Below are positions 1 to 8,589 of a stretch of 64,000 nt of DNA, piece by piece (position 1 is the stretch's first letter; each line of letters opens with the position of its first letter). This DNA comes from Polaribacter sp. (GTDB lineage: Bacteria; Bacteroidota; Bacteroidia; Flavobacteriales; Flavobacteriaceae). Where the stretch lies: NCBI GenBank assembly GCA_029238315.1, contig JAQWGI010000017.1, positions 105,698 to 169,697 of the forward strand. Direction: 5' to 3'. Below the pieces are notes generated by a model. It ran no database searches. It worked only from the letters and a program-made list of their open reading frames with translations, and was not told the DNA's origin. Made by a program: the position numbers and the translations under genes.

Positions 1-92
1 TAGCAATACAAGCATTAAAACCAGGTGTTTATTTAGTAAAAATTGTCAAAGACAATGCAATGGTAACCAAGCGTTTTGTGAAGATTGAGTAG
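1..92 (+). CDS. 3' end of a T9SS-secreted protein (type A C-terminal sorting domain), partial
   Basis: Frame from nt 3 reads AIQALKPGVYLVKIVKDNAMVTKRFVKIE* (TAG 90-92), fitting the L-x-x-G-x-Y-x-V-K...K-x-x-K pattern of T9SS CTDs. Not in the ORF track. Confidence 0.7.
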   Translation, partial: AIQALKPGVYLVKIVKDNAMVTKRFVKIE

Positions 93-95
93 TGG

Positions 96-119
96 TTGTA
101 ACGGCAGTTTTCGTTACAA
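96..119. terminator. Stem-loop between convergent genes
   Basis: TTGTAACG-N8-CGTTACAA, a perfect 8-bp inverted repeat 3 nt after the stop codon. Confidence 0.5.
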
Positions 120-190
120 GTTTATAATTACGTTTAAAGATGTTATTTTTTTATTGTCATTGCTCATTTGGCAGAGAATGTGTAAAAATT

Positions 191-1339
191 TTATTCAACA
201 AAATAATCAGGTGTGCTATACAAAGCAGCATAGGATTTGGGAGTGTGGTTTGTTAGCGTTTTAAACGCTCTGTAAAAAGTATTCGAAGAATTAAAGCCAC
301 ATTCTTTTGTTAAAGCTTCAATGGAATAACTGTTTAGGTACCCTTTTTTGATTAGTTCTTTGGCATAGCGAATTTTAATTTTATGAATCCAGCTATTAAA
401 ACTAGAATTGTCTAAATTGATGAGTTTAGAAAGCTCGTTTTTAGAGAGATTTATATTTTTTGAAATACCAGATAAATTATTTTCTTTACCTAAAAAGAAA
501 CGTTTTTCATATACCAAATCAGAAATTTGATGAAGTTCTATTAATGCAACTTTTTTTTCTTGAGTGGTTTCATTTGGAATAAAATACTTTAGTTTGTCTA
601 ATGTTTTCTGATTCCAGAATAAATAAATACTTAACATAAAAAAGAAACCAGTAGTAAAAACAATGGATATATTTTCGTAAAACTCATTACCTAATTCTGG
701 AAAAAAAGAAACAGAAGTAGCTACGGTAATTAATAAGCTAGTAAAGAAAACTGTTTGTAAGCGTATAAAATTTATGCCCCATTTGTAAAGTGTTATTTCT
801 TTGTCTTTTAGTAGTTTAGCTTTTGAAGATTTTATTAGTATCCATTGAAGTGTAATGTAAATAATTGGATGTATTAACCTTCCAATGGAGTTAAAGACCT
901 CAGGAATGATACCCACATTATCTATATGTGTTCTATTAAAATCTGCCAATACCAAATCGATATATATACGCTTCGTTTCAAAACCTTGAAGATAAAAAGG
1001 AGTATAGCTTATTAAAAAAACAAAAAATGGTATAAGATGTGCTGCATCAGAGTATTTAAATTTAAGACTTTTAGAAATTAAAAAACGAATATGAAAATAA
1101 GCCGCAGGTGCAATTAAATATGTTATTGGTGCAGTTGTTTTGTAAAGAAATGCGAATTCTTTTATGAACTCATATTTTATAATTAAATAAAAGCTAAAAC
1201 AAAGTGCATTAATTGCAAAGTATGCAGCTAAGGTTTTTATATGTAAAACAAAATATTTTGGAGATAACTTAAACCATAAGAAAAAGCCTACAAAAAAAGA
1301 AAATGTGATGCAGATAAGATAAACTAAATCATATATCAT
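191..1339 (-). CDS. Membrane-anchored AraC-family transcriptional regulator
   Basis: About six or seven hydrophobic N-terminal segments, then a C-terminal AraC double HTH (IEALTKECGFNSSNTFYRAFKTLTNHTP). Confidence 0.85.
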   Translation of the reverse strand: MIYDLVYLICITFSFFVGFFLWFKLSPKYFVLHIKTLAAYFAINALCFSFYLIIKYEFIKEFAFLYKTTAPITYLIAPAAYFHIRFLISKSLKFKYSDAAHLIPFFVFLISYTPFYLQGFETKRIYIDLVLADFNRTHIDNVGIIPEVFNSIGRLIHPIIYITLQWILIKSSKAKLLKDKEITLYKWGINFIRLQTVFFTSLLITVATSVSFFPELGNEFYENISIVFTTGFFFMLSIYLFWNQKTLDKLKYFIPNETTQEKKVALIELHQISDLVYEKRFFLGKENNLSGISKNINLSKNELSKLINLDNSSFNSWIHKIKIRYAKELIKKGYLNSYSIEALTKECGFNSSNTFYRAFKTLTNHTPKSYAALYSTPDYFVE

Positions 1340-1581
1340 TTTAAGATACTCTTTGGGGGTTTATAATTACAGTATGTTCTTTTTTGAATTTTTATCAAAA
1401 AAATATTGATCGTACAAAGATATATAATATTAAGATGTTTTCAATAACAGGTAAAATTGTTTTTTGTACGCTTTTTTAAAGCTGGTTAGTTTATTTTATG
1501 CTTCGAATCTTAAATCTTTCAATCTGTTTCGCTAAGTTTGTTTTTCTTAAAAGAAAGTAATTTCTTTTTTAAAATAACTAC

Positions 1582-2511
1582 ATGAGCAACTTGTTAGAAA
1601 TAAAAAATGTCACCAAAAACTACGGAGATTTTAGAGCATTAAATAATGTGTCTTTAACAATTCCAAAAGGAAGTGTTTTTGGATTATTAGGTCCAAATGG
1701 AGCTGGAAAAACCTCATTAATTAGAATTATCAATCAGATTACTTTACCAGATAGTGGAGAAATTTTTTTAGATGGTAGGCCCTTGCAGCCAAATGATGTA
1801 GCGCATATAGGTTATTTACCAGAAGAACGTGGTTTGTATAAAAGCATGAAGGTTGGAGCACAGGCTTTGTATTTAGCGCAATTAAAAGGCTTGTCTAAAG
1901 GTGAAGCTAAGAAACGCTTAAAATATTGGTTTGATAAATTTGATATTGCTGCTTGGTGGGATAAAAAAATAGAAGAGCTTTCTAAAGGGATGGCCCAAAA
2001 AGTTCAATTTATTGTCACAGTTTTACACCAGCCTAAATTATTAATTTTTGACGAGCCTTTTTCTGGTTTTGACCCTATAAATGCTCAATTAATAGCCAAA
2101 GAAATATTACAATTGCGAGAAGAAGGTGCTACCATTATTTTCTCTACACATAGAATGGAGTCTGTTGAAGAAATGTGTGATTATATTGCTTTAATTGATA
2201 AATCAAATAAAATTATTGACGGAAAATTAGATGATATTAAACGTCAATTTAGAACCAATACATTTCAGATCGGCGTTCAAACAAAAGATCCTAAACTGAT
2301 AGCGCTTGCTTTAAAAGAAAAGTATGAGGTTTTACCAACAGATTTTAAAATGTTGAGTGATGGTTTTACGGCAAATGTAAAAATTTCAAAGACAGAATCG
2401 CCAAACAACTTATTATCGCTATTAACTCAATATGGAGATGTTCAGCATTTTCTAGAACTAGTACCAAGCGCCAACGAAATATTTATTGAAGCAGTAAACA
2501 AAAATAGCTAA
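1582..2511 (+). CDS. ABC transporter ATP-binding protein (ABC-2/NatA-like)
   Basis: Walker A GPNGAGKT, signature LSKGM, Walker B LLIFDEP. TAAGTTTG -7 element at 1533-1540. Confidence 0.93.
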   Translation: MSNLLEIKNVTKNYGDFRALNNVSLTIPKGSVFGLLGPNGAGKTSLIRIINQITLPDSGEIFLDGRPLQPNDVAHIGYLPEERGLYKSMKVGAQALYLAQLKGLSKGEAKKRLKYWFDKFDIAAWWDKKIEELSKGMAQKVQFIVTVLHQPKLLIFDEPFSGFDPINAQLIAKEILQLREEGATIIFSTHRMESVEEMCDYIALIDKSNKIIDGKLDDIKRQFRTNTFQIGVQTKDPKLIALALKEKYEVLPTDFKMLSDGFTANVKISKTESPNNLLSLLTQYGDVQHFLELVPSANEIFIEAVNKNS

Positions 2512-2514
2512 GTA

Positions 2515-3840
2515 ATGAGAAAATTAAAATTAATTATTAGAAGAGAGTTCTTAGCGAAAGTGAAAAATAAATCATTTATAATGATGACCTTCTTGAGTCC
2601 GCTATTAATGGTTAGTATTGGTTTTTTAGTGTTTTTTTTGAGTAAAAAAAACGATGAAAAAATAAAAAAAGTAGCTTATGTAGACGAATCTAAATTGTTT
2701 ACAAAAACAGATTTTAAAGATGCTAAATCGTATCATTTTGAGGATTTTACTTTATTAGGAATTAAAGAGGCCAAACGTAAAGTTGAAGATGGCGATTATG
2801 ACGGTGTTGTTTATATACCAGAGAATAAAGGTCTAGAAGAATTAGCAAAATCAATAACTTTTTACTCAAAAGAATCGCCAAATAATTCTTTAATAGAAAG
2901 GTTGGAGAATACGATTGAACTTAAATTTAAAAATTTAAAACTAACTAGTTTTGGTATTGATTTAAATCAAATAGAAGCATCAAAAATTGTAACAGAAATT
3001 AAAATGTATAATTTTTCTGGTGAAAAATCTTCTAAATTAATCAATTGGTTAAAGATAGGGGTAGGCGGCATTGCTGGTTATTTGTTAATGATGTTTGTTA
3101 TTATTTATGGCTCTTCGGTAATGCGAAGTGTCATCGAAGAAAAGACAACTAGAATTATAGAAGTCATTGTATCTTCAGTAAAGCCTTTTCAATTAATGTT
3201 AGGAAAGATTATAGGAAATGCAACAGCGGGTTTGTTACAGTTTTTTATTTGGGGAATTCTTCTACTAATTATTAGTATGATTGCTTCGTCTGTTTTTGGC
3301 GTTAGTATGTCGGAAGTACAAACTGCAAAAATAAATCCAGCACAACTAGATGCTATCAGTAAAGAAGCTTCAGCAGATAAAGTACAGCTGTTGATTCAAG
3401 AAATTTTTAGATTGCCATTGGTAACGTTATTTATATTATTTATTTTTTATTTTCTTGGAGGTTATTTTTTATACAGTGCTCTTTTTGCAGCTGTTGGTGC
3501 AGCTGTAGATAGCGAAACAGATACACAACAGTTTATGTTGCCAATAATGCTGCCTTTAATTTTAGGGGTTTATGTGGGTTTTGCAACTGTAATTTCAGAT
3601 CCGCATGGTACAATTCCCACCATATTTTCTATGATTCCTTTTACAAGCCCGATTGTAATGTTAATGCGTGTTCCTTTTGGAGTACCTTGGTATGAAATTG
3701 CTATTTCTATGGCACTATTATTGTTTACCTTTGTTTTCATGGTTTGGATGGCTGCCAAAATTTACCGAGTTGGTATATTAATGTACGGGAAAAAACCAGG
3801 TTATAAAGATTTGTATAAATGGTTAAAATATAAAGGTTAA
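2515..3840 (+). CDS. ABC-2 type permease (NatB-like)
   Basis: One N-terminal TM, a large loop, then five or six TMs with the EEK motif (VIEEKTTRIIEVIVSSVKP). Adjacent to the ATPase. Confidence 0.9.
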   Translation: MRKLKLIIRREFLAKVKNKSFIMMTFLSPLLMVSIGFLVFFLSKKNDEKIKKVAYVDESKLFTKTDFKDAKSYHFEDFTLLGIKEAKRKVEDGDYDGVVYIPENKGLEELAKSITFYSKESPNNSLIERLENTIELKFKNLKLTSFGIDLNQIEASKIVTEIKMYNFSGEKSSKLINWLKIGVGGIAGYLLMMFVIIYGSSVMRSVIEEKTTRIIEVIVSSVKPFQLMLGKIIGNATAGLLQFFIWGILLLIISMIASSVFGVSMSEVQTAKINPAQLDAISKEASADKVQLLIQEIFRLPLVTLFILFIFYFLGGYFLYSALFAAVGAAVDSETDTQQFMLPIMLPLILGVYVGFATVISDPHGTIPTIFSMIPFTSPIVMLMRVPFGVPWYEIAISMALLLFTFVFMVWMAAKIYRVGILMYGKKPGYKDLYKWLKYKG

Positions 3841-3856
3841 AATCTACTTTTAAAAG

Positions 3857-4684
3857 ATGAAAAAAATAATCGATTTTTTAAATTATCAAATTCGTTTTAG
3901 CGAAGAAATTCACATAAGCGTAAAAGCTATTTTAGTAGCCCTTTTGGCAATTCTAATTTCTTCGTTTTTATTAAAATTGATGCGAAGAATTATTACAAAA
4001 AAACTACCAGATAACGATAAGGCAAAATTTGTTTCTGTTTTTAGTTATCTAAAATGGATCATTTATTTAATCATTTTTTTACTTGCAATGCACAATGCAG
4101 GTGTAAATGTAACAGCAATATTTGCAGCTTCAGCAGCACTTTTAATTGGTGTTGGTTTGGCCTTGCAAACGTTGTTTCAAGATATTTTTTCAGGAATTTT
4201 TATTTTGATCGATCAATCTGTTCATGTTGGCGATATTATTGAGTTAGAAGGGAAAATTGGAAGGGTTGAAGAAATAAATTTAAGAACAACAAGGGCTGTA
4301 ACGGTTGATAATAAAGTGTTGGTAATTCCGAATCATTTGTACTTAACCAATAGTTTGTACAATTGGACGGAGAACGGCGTTGAAACACGAGAAGGAATAA
4401 ATGTAGGTGTTGCTTACGGTAGTGATGTAAAACTTGTAGAGAAGTTATTATTGGATGCCGCCAAAACACATTCTGCTGTTTTAAAAGAACCAGCGCCCAG
4501 AGTGTTGTTTACTAATTTTGGAGAAAGTTCTTTAGATTTTAGAGTAACATTTACCATCAATAATAGCTTTGAAGTTCGTTTTGTTCAGAGTGATATTCGT
4601 TTTGAAATTGATAAACTATTTAGAGAAAATAATATTCAGATTCCTTTTCCTCAAAGAGATGTACACCTATTTGAGAGAAAATAG
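3857..4684 (+). CDS. Small-conductance mechanosensitive channel (MscS family)
   Basis: GVGLALQ TM3 motif, GD-x-I-x-L...G-x-V-x-x-I-x-L-R-T-T, IPN, and C-terminal IPFPQRDVH. Confidence 0.92.
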   Translation: MKKIIDFLNYQIRFSEEIHISVKAILVALLAILISSFLLKLMRRIITKKLPDNDKAKFVSVFSYLKWIIYLIIFLLAMHNAGVNVTAIFAASAALLIGVGLALQTLFQDIFSGIFILIDQSVHVGDIIELEGKIGRVEEINLRTTRAVTVDNKVLVIPNHLYLTNSLYNWTENGVETREGINVGVAYGSDVKLVEKLLLDAAKTHSAVLKEPAPRVLFTNFGESSLDFRVTFTINNSFEVRFVQSDIRFEIDKLFRENNIQIPFPQRDVHLFERK

Positions 4685-4756
4685 AAGTAGAGACTAAAAG
4701 TATAATTAAATAGTTTTAGAGGAATTGATTTTTTAAAACTAAGACACCAGAAAAAT

Positions 4757-5920
4757 ATGCCAAAAATTTTAATCATAGAAGACGAAGCTGCAATACGAAG
4801 AGTTCTTAAAAAAATTATATCTGAAGAAAGTGAAACCTATCATGTAGATGAAGCAGAAGATGGTTTGCAGGGTATTGAAATGATTATGAACACAGATTAT
4901 GATTTGGTTTTTTGTGATATAAAAATGCCAAAAATGGATGGTGAAGAAGTGTTAGAAAAAGCAAAAAAAATTAAACCAGAAATTCCTGTAGTAATGATTT
5001 CTGGACATGGAGATTTAGAAACTGCTGTAAACACGATGCGTTTAGGTGCATTTGATTATATTTCTAAACCACCAGACCTAAATCGCTTGTTAAATACAGT
5101 TCGAAATGCTTTGGATAAAAAAGAATTGGTTGTTGAAAATAAGCGATTGAAAAAGAAAGTGAGTAAAGGCTATCAAATGATCGGCGAAAGTGAAGCTGTT
5201 TCTCACATTAAAAATATCATAGAAAAAGTAGCCGCTACTGATGCAAGAGTTCTAATTACCGGTCCTAACGGAACTGGTAAAGAGTTGGTTGCGCATTGGT
5301 TGCATGAAAAATCTGATCGCACAAAGGCCGCTATGATCGAAGTAAACTGTGCTGCGATTCCATCTGAATTAATAGAAAGCGAGCTTTTTGGCCATGTAAA
5401 AGGGAGTTTTACAGGTGCTAATAAAGACAGGGCTGGTAAGTTTGAAGCAGCTAATGGTGGAACTATTTTTTTAGATGAAATTGGAGATATGAGTTTGTCT
5501 GCGCAAGCAAAAGTACTAAGAGCTTTGCAAGAAAACAGCATTTCTAGAGTGGGGTCAGATAAAGATATTAAAGTAGATGTGCGTGTTATTGCAGCAACAA
5601 ATAAAGATTTAAAAGAAGAAATTTCGGCAGGTAGATTTCGAGAAGATTTATACCATAGATTAGCAGTGATATTAATTAAAGTTCCTGCTTTAAATGAACG
5701 AAGAGAAGACATACCGTTGTTGGTAGCCTTCTTTTCTCAAAAAATTGCAGAAGAACACGGAGATGCAAAGAAAGTGTTTTCTGATACTGCTATTAAATTA
5801 TTACAAGCATATGATTGGACGGGCAACATTAGAGAACTTAGAAATGTTGTTGAGCGTTTAATCATTCTTGGTGAAAAAGAAGTTTCTGAGAACGATGTGA
5901 AGTTATTTGCAAGTAAATAG
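4757..5920 (+). CDS. Sigma-54-dependent response regulator (REC + AAA+), no C-terminal HTH
   Basis: REC domain with DIKMP, Walker A GPNGTGKE, ESELFGHVKGSFTGA, Walker B FLDEIG, RFREDLYHRL, WTGNIREL. The protein ends at residue 387. Confidence 0.92.
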   Translation: MPKILIIEDEAAIRRVLKKIISEESETYHVDEAEDGLQGIEMIMNTDYDLVFCDIKMPKMDGEEVLEKAKKIKPEIPVVMISGHGDLETAVNTMRLGAFDYISKPPDLNRLLNTVRNALDKKELVVENKRLKKKVSKGYQMIGESEAVSHIKNIIEKVAATDARVLITGPNGTGKELVAHWLHEKSDRTKAAMIEVNCAAIPSELIESELFGHVKGSFTGANKDRAGKFEAANGGTIFLDEIGDMSLSAQAKVLRALQENSISRVGSDKDIKVDVRVIAATNKDLKEEISAGRFREDLYHRLAVILIKVPALNERREDIPLLVAFFSQKIAEEHGDAKKVFSDTAIKLLQAYDWTGNIRELRNVVERLIILGEKEVSENDVKLFASK

Positions 5921-5954
5921 CTTAAATCTATCACTTATAAAACTTAATATAAAT

Positions 5955-5996
5955 AAAGTTGATGTAGATATAAAAAATTAACATCAACTTTTTTTA
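5955..5996 (+). terminator. Intrinsic terminator
   Basis: AAAGTTGATGT / ACATCAACTTT 11-bp inverted repeat followed by a T-run. Confidence 0.65.
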
Positions 5997-6016
5997 TTTT
6001 CAAGAGTGATGCTTGG

Positions 6017-6024
6017 TATCTTTG
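6017..6024 (+). promoter_or_regulatory. Bacteroidota sigma-70 -7 element for the peroxiredoxin operon
   Basis: TATCTTTG matches TAnnTTTG, 34 nt before the ATG. Confidence 0.6.
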
Positions 6025-6058
6025 TAGTAGAAAATTATTAATTTAAAAATTATAAAAA

Positions 6059-6700
6059 ATGGCAACAGCAGTCGGTAAAAAATTTCCAGATTTAAATGTA
6101 GATGCAATGAATGAAATGGGTGATACATTTAAAGTAAATGTATTAGAAGAAGCAGTAAACAACAAAAAGAAAGTTGTTTTGTTTTGGTACCCAAAAGATT
6201 TTACATTTGTTTGTCCAACAGAATTACATGCGTTTCAAGCTGCAATTGGTGAGTTTGAAAAAAGAAATACCATTGTAATTGGTGCTTCTTGTGATACTCC
6301 AGAAGTACACTTTGCTTGGTTAAGTACTGCTAAAGATAACGGAGGAATTGAAGGTGTTACGTACCCAATTTTAGCAGATAGCAATCGTAATTTATCATCA
6401 ATCTTAGGAATTTTAGATATTTCTAACGAAACTTTTGATGAAGCGACACAAACAATTCAGGTAGAAGGAGACAATGTAACATACAGAGCTACTTATTTAA
6501 TTGATGAAGAAGGAACTGTTTTTCATGAAGGAATCAATCATATGCCAGTTGGTAGAAATGTAAATGAATATTTACGTTTAATTGATGCTTATGCACACGT
6601 TCAATCACATGGAGAAGTTTGTCCTGCAAACTGGGAAGAAGGAAAAGATGCAATGCAAGCAAACGCAAAAGGTACTGCAGATTATTTAGCTTCTCATTAA
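6059..6700 (+). CDS. ahpC: 2-Cys peroxiredoxin (AhpC/Prx1)
   Basis: YPKDFTFVCPTE peroxidatic motif and GEVCPANW resolving motif. Confidence 0.93.
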   Translation: MATAVGKKFPDLNVDAMNEMGDTFKVNVLEEAVNNKKKVVLFWYPKDFTFVCPTELHAFQAAIGEFEKRNTIVIGASCDTPEVHFAWLSTAKDNGGIEGVTYPILADSNRNLSSILGILDISNETFDEATQTIQVEGDNVTYRATYLIDEEGTVFHEGINHMPVGRNVNEYLRLIDAYAHVQSHGEVCPANWEEGKDAMQANAKGTADYLASH

Positions 6701-6713
6701 GAAATAAAATTCA

Positions 6714-6750
6714 ATGATGAATTCTGAGTTTTTAACTTAGAATTCATCAT
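6714..6750. other. 17-bp intergenic stem-loop inside the ahpC-trx operon
   Basis: ATGATGAATTCTGAGTT-TTT-AACTTAGAATTCATCAT with one G.U pair. No U-tract follows on the sense strand. Confidence 0.7.
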
Positions 6751-6766
6751 CAAAAAAATAAGCAAT

Positions 6767-7078
6767 ATGTTACAAGAATTAACAGCAGATAATTTACAAG
6801 AAATCGTAAATCAAAATAAAAAAGTAGTTGTACAATACTCAGCAACTTGGTGTGGAAACTGTAGAATTATGAAGCCTAAATTTAAAAAACTAGCTTCTGA
6901 AAATGAAGATACAGTTTTTGTAATTGCAGATGCAGAACAATTTACCGAAAGTAGAAAATTAGCAGATGTAAGTAATTTGCCAACTTTTGCAACTTTTGTT
7001 GATGGTGCGTTTGTAAATCAAACTCAAACAAATAAGTTTGAGGTTTTAAAAGAATTGGTTAACGAAATTGTTTCATAA
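6767..7078 (+). CDS. Thioredoxin-family protein
   Basis: 103 aa, WCGNC active site, cis-Pro motif NLPTF. Confidence 0.9.
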   Translation: MLQELTADNLQEIVNQNKKVVVQYSATWCGNCRIMKPKFKKLASENEDTVFVIADAEQFTESRKLADVSNLPTFATFVDGAFVNQTQTNKFEVLKELVNEIVS

Positions 7079-7118
7079 AGCAGTTGCGTTTCATTATTCA
7101 TCCTTATAAACAACAAAA

Positions 7119-7376
7119 ATGAAATTACCAGTTATAAAACACTTAACAAACTTTATCGAACAAAACGATCAAGATTATGTTATTGAGACGATAGAAACTT
7201 TAGAAGCTTTAACAGAAGTACCTTCATTGAAAGACGAGGAGTTAGATGTGCTGGGAGAACTTATTTCTAATATGTATGGCGCTTTAGAAGTTGATAAAAT
7301 GATTAAGGAAGGTAAAACTCAAAAAGAAGCTTTAAATACATTTATGAAGCGGGTTTTAGGTTCAATTGATCAATAA
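7119..7376 (+). CDS. Small acidic helical hypothetical protein (recalled as DUF6952-like)
   Basis: Clean 85-aa ORF directly after trx. The family name is from memory. Confidence 0.75.
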   Translation: MKLPVIKHLTNFIEQNDQDYVIETIETLEALTEVPSLKDEELDVLGELISNMYGALEVDKMIKEGKTQKEALNTFMKRVLGSIDQ

Positions 7377-7409
7377 AAACAACAATAATTTTTATTTAAA
7401 ATCTCAAGT

Positions 7410-8195
7410 TTACTCTTGAGATTTTTGCTTTTCAGCAACAAATTTCGCCATTTCTTTTCCCCAAATCTTATAGGTAATTTCAGATGGATGCACACCGTCA
7501 CTAAAGTAAATCTTAGTATTATCTGAGGGGAGTTTATGTTTTTTACTCCATTTTTTTAAAGTAATTATTTCTTTATTATAATAAACATTGTTTTGCTTTT
7601 TTGCATTAAGTTCTAAAAAATCTCCAAGAATTTCTACCAAATTACCAATGACAAATTTAATAGCTTTTGTAAAAGCTGGAAATTCTTTTATTGGAGGCAT
7701 GTTAGTAAAATAAATTGGAGTATTTGGAAATTTACTTTGTAGTAATTGTATCAAATGATTAATAGCCATAGACCACTTTTTAGGCGAATTTAAGGTGAAA
7801 GCATCATTTCCTCCAAGACCAATTACAATAAGATCTACTTTTTTTTCTTTAATTTTTGCTAGGATTTTTTTAGCAATTAAGTTTGCTGTATATCCGCTTT
7901 TTGCATACACACTCCAATATATGTTTCTATGTAAGTTCTTAGATAGTTCTTTGGCAAAAGCACCTGTAAATCCGTTTTTATGTTTTACAACACCTACACC
8001 AGCAATCGTACTTTCTCCAATAGTTATAATTTTTAAATCTTTGACAAAGCTATTGTCAATATATCCCTCAGGTTCTATTGCTTCCGGTAGTTTAGGGACT
8101 TTTTTTTGAATGGTTTTTCCTTGAAAAAATAATATTGGCAATAAAGGGATAGAGATCAAGAACCCAAAATAATATCTTAATTTAAGCTGAATCAT
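7410..8195 (-). CDS. SGNH/GDSL hydrolase
   Basis: Block I GESTIAG (D to E variant), block III GGND, block V DGVHP. Confidence 0.88.
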   Translation of the reverse strand: MIQLKLRYYFGFLISIPLLPILFFQGKTIQKKVPKLPEAIEPEGYIDNSFVKDLKIITIGESTIAGVGVVKHKNGFTGAFAKELSKNLHRNIYWSVYAKSGYTANLIAKKILAKIKEKKVDLIVIGLGGNDAFTLNSPKKWSMAINHLIQLLQSKFPNTPIYFTNMPPIKEFPAFTKAIKFVIGNLVEILGDFLELNAKKQNNVYYNKEIITLKKWSKKHKLPSDNTKIYFSDGVHPSEITYKIWGKEMAKFVAEKQKSQE

Positions 8196-8346
8196 TCCCT
8201 TTTTCTAAGTTTGCTTTTTTTATGATTGCTTTTAAGCGTGTTTTGGTGAGTTGTTTTTCTAGCTTGACTTTATTAATTTTTCGCTCCATTAATTTAGAGT
8301 GTTTGGCCTTGTTTTTTGTGTTTTTTGCTTTTCCTTTTTTAGGCAT
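8182..8346 (-). CDS. 54-aa highly basic small protein (not in the ORF track)
   Basis: ATG at 8346, TAA at 8182-8184: MPKKGKAKNTKNKAKHSKLMERKINKVKLEKQLTKTRLKAIIKKANLEKGNDSA. A-rich initiation context. The stop overlaps the SGNH start by 14 nt. Confidence 0.7.
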   Translation of the reverse strand: MPKKGKAKNTKNKAKHSKLMERKINKVKLEKQLTKTRLKAIIKKANLEKGNDSA

Positions 8347-8589
8347 TTTATCCTCTTTGATTTTGTTTTTAATTACTGTTGTAATTTTTTTAACTTAGGG
8401 AAGATTGTTTTTTTGATAAAACGAAAGATACTTAAAATTGAGCTAGGGTACAAATTAAATCAACAAATGCTTTTGTTTTAATGCCATTAAATTTAGAAGA
8501 ATTTAAGAAAGTAATAAGACTTAAATTAATCGGTTTTCCATACCTTTAGCGTGTAATTTATTTTAATTATAGACACAGAACAGAGAAGA

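Noticed and set aside
8299-8481. 60-aa plus-strand ORF from the track
   Set aside because: It is a Phe-rich read of T-rich DNA, starts with GTG, and is antisense to the more plausible basic ORF at 8182-8346.
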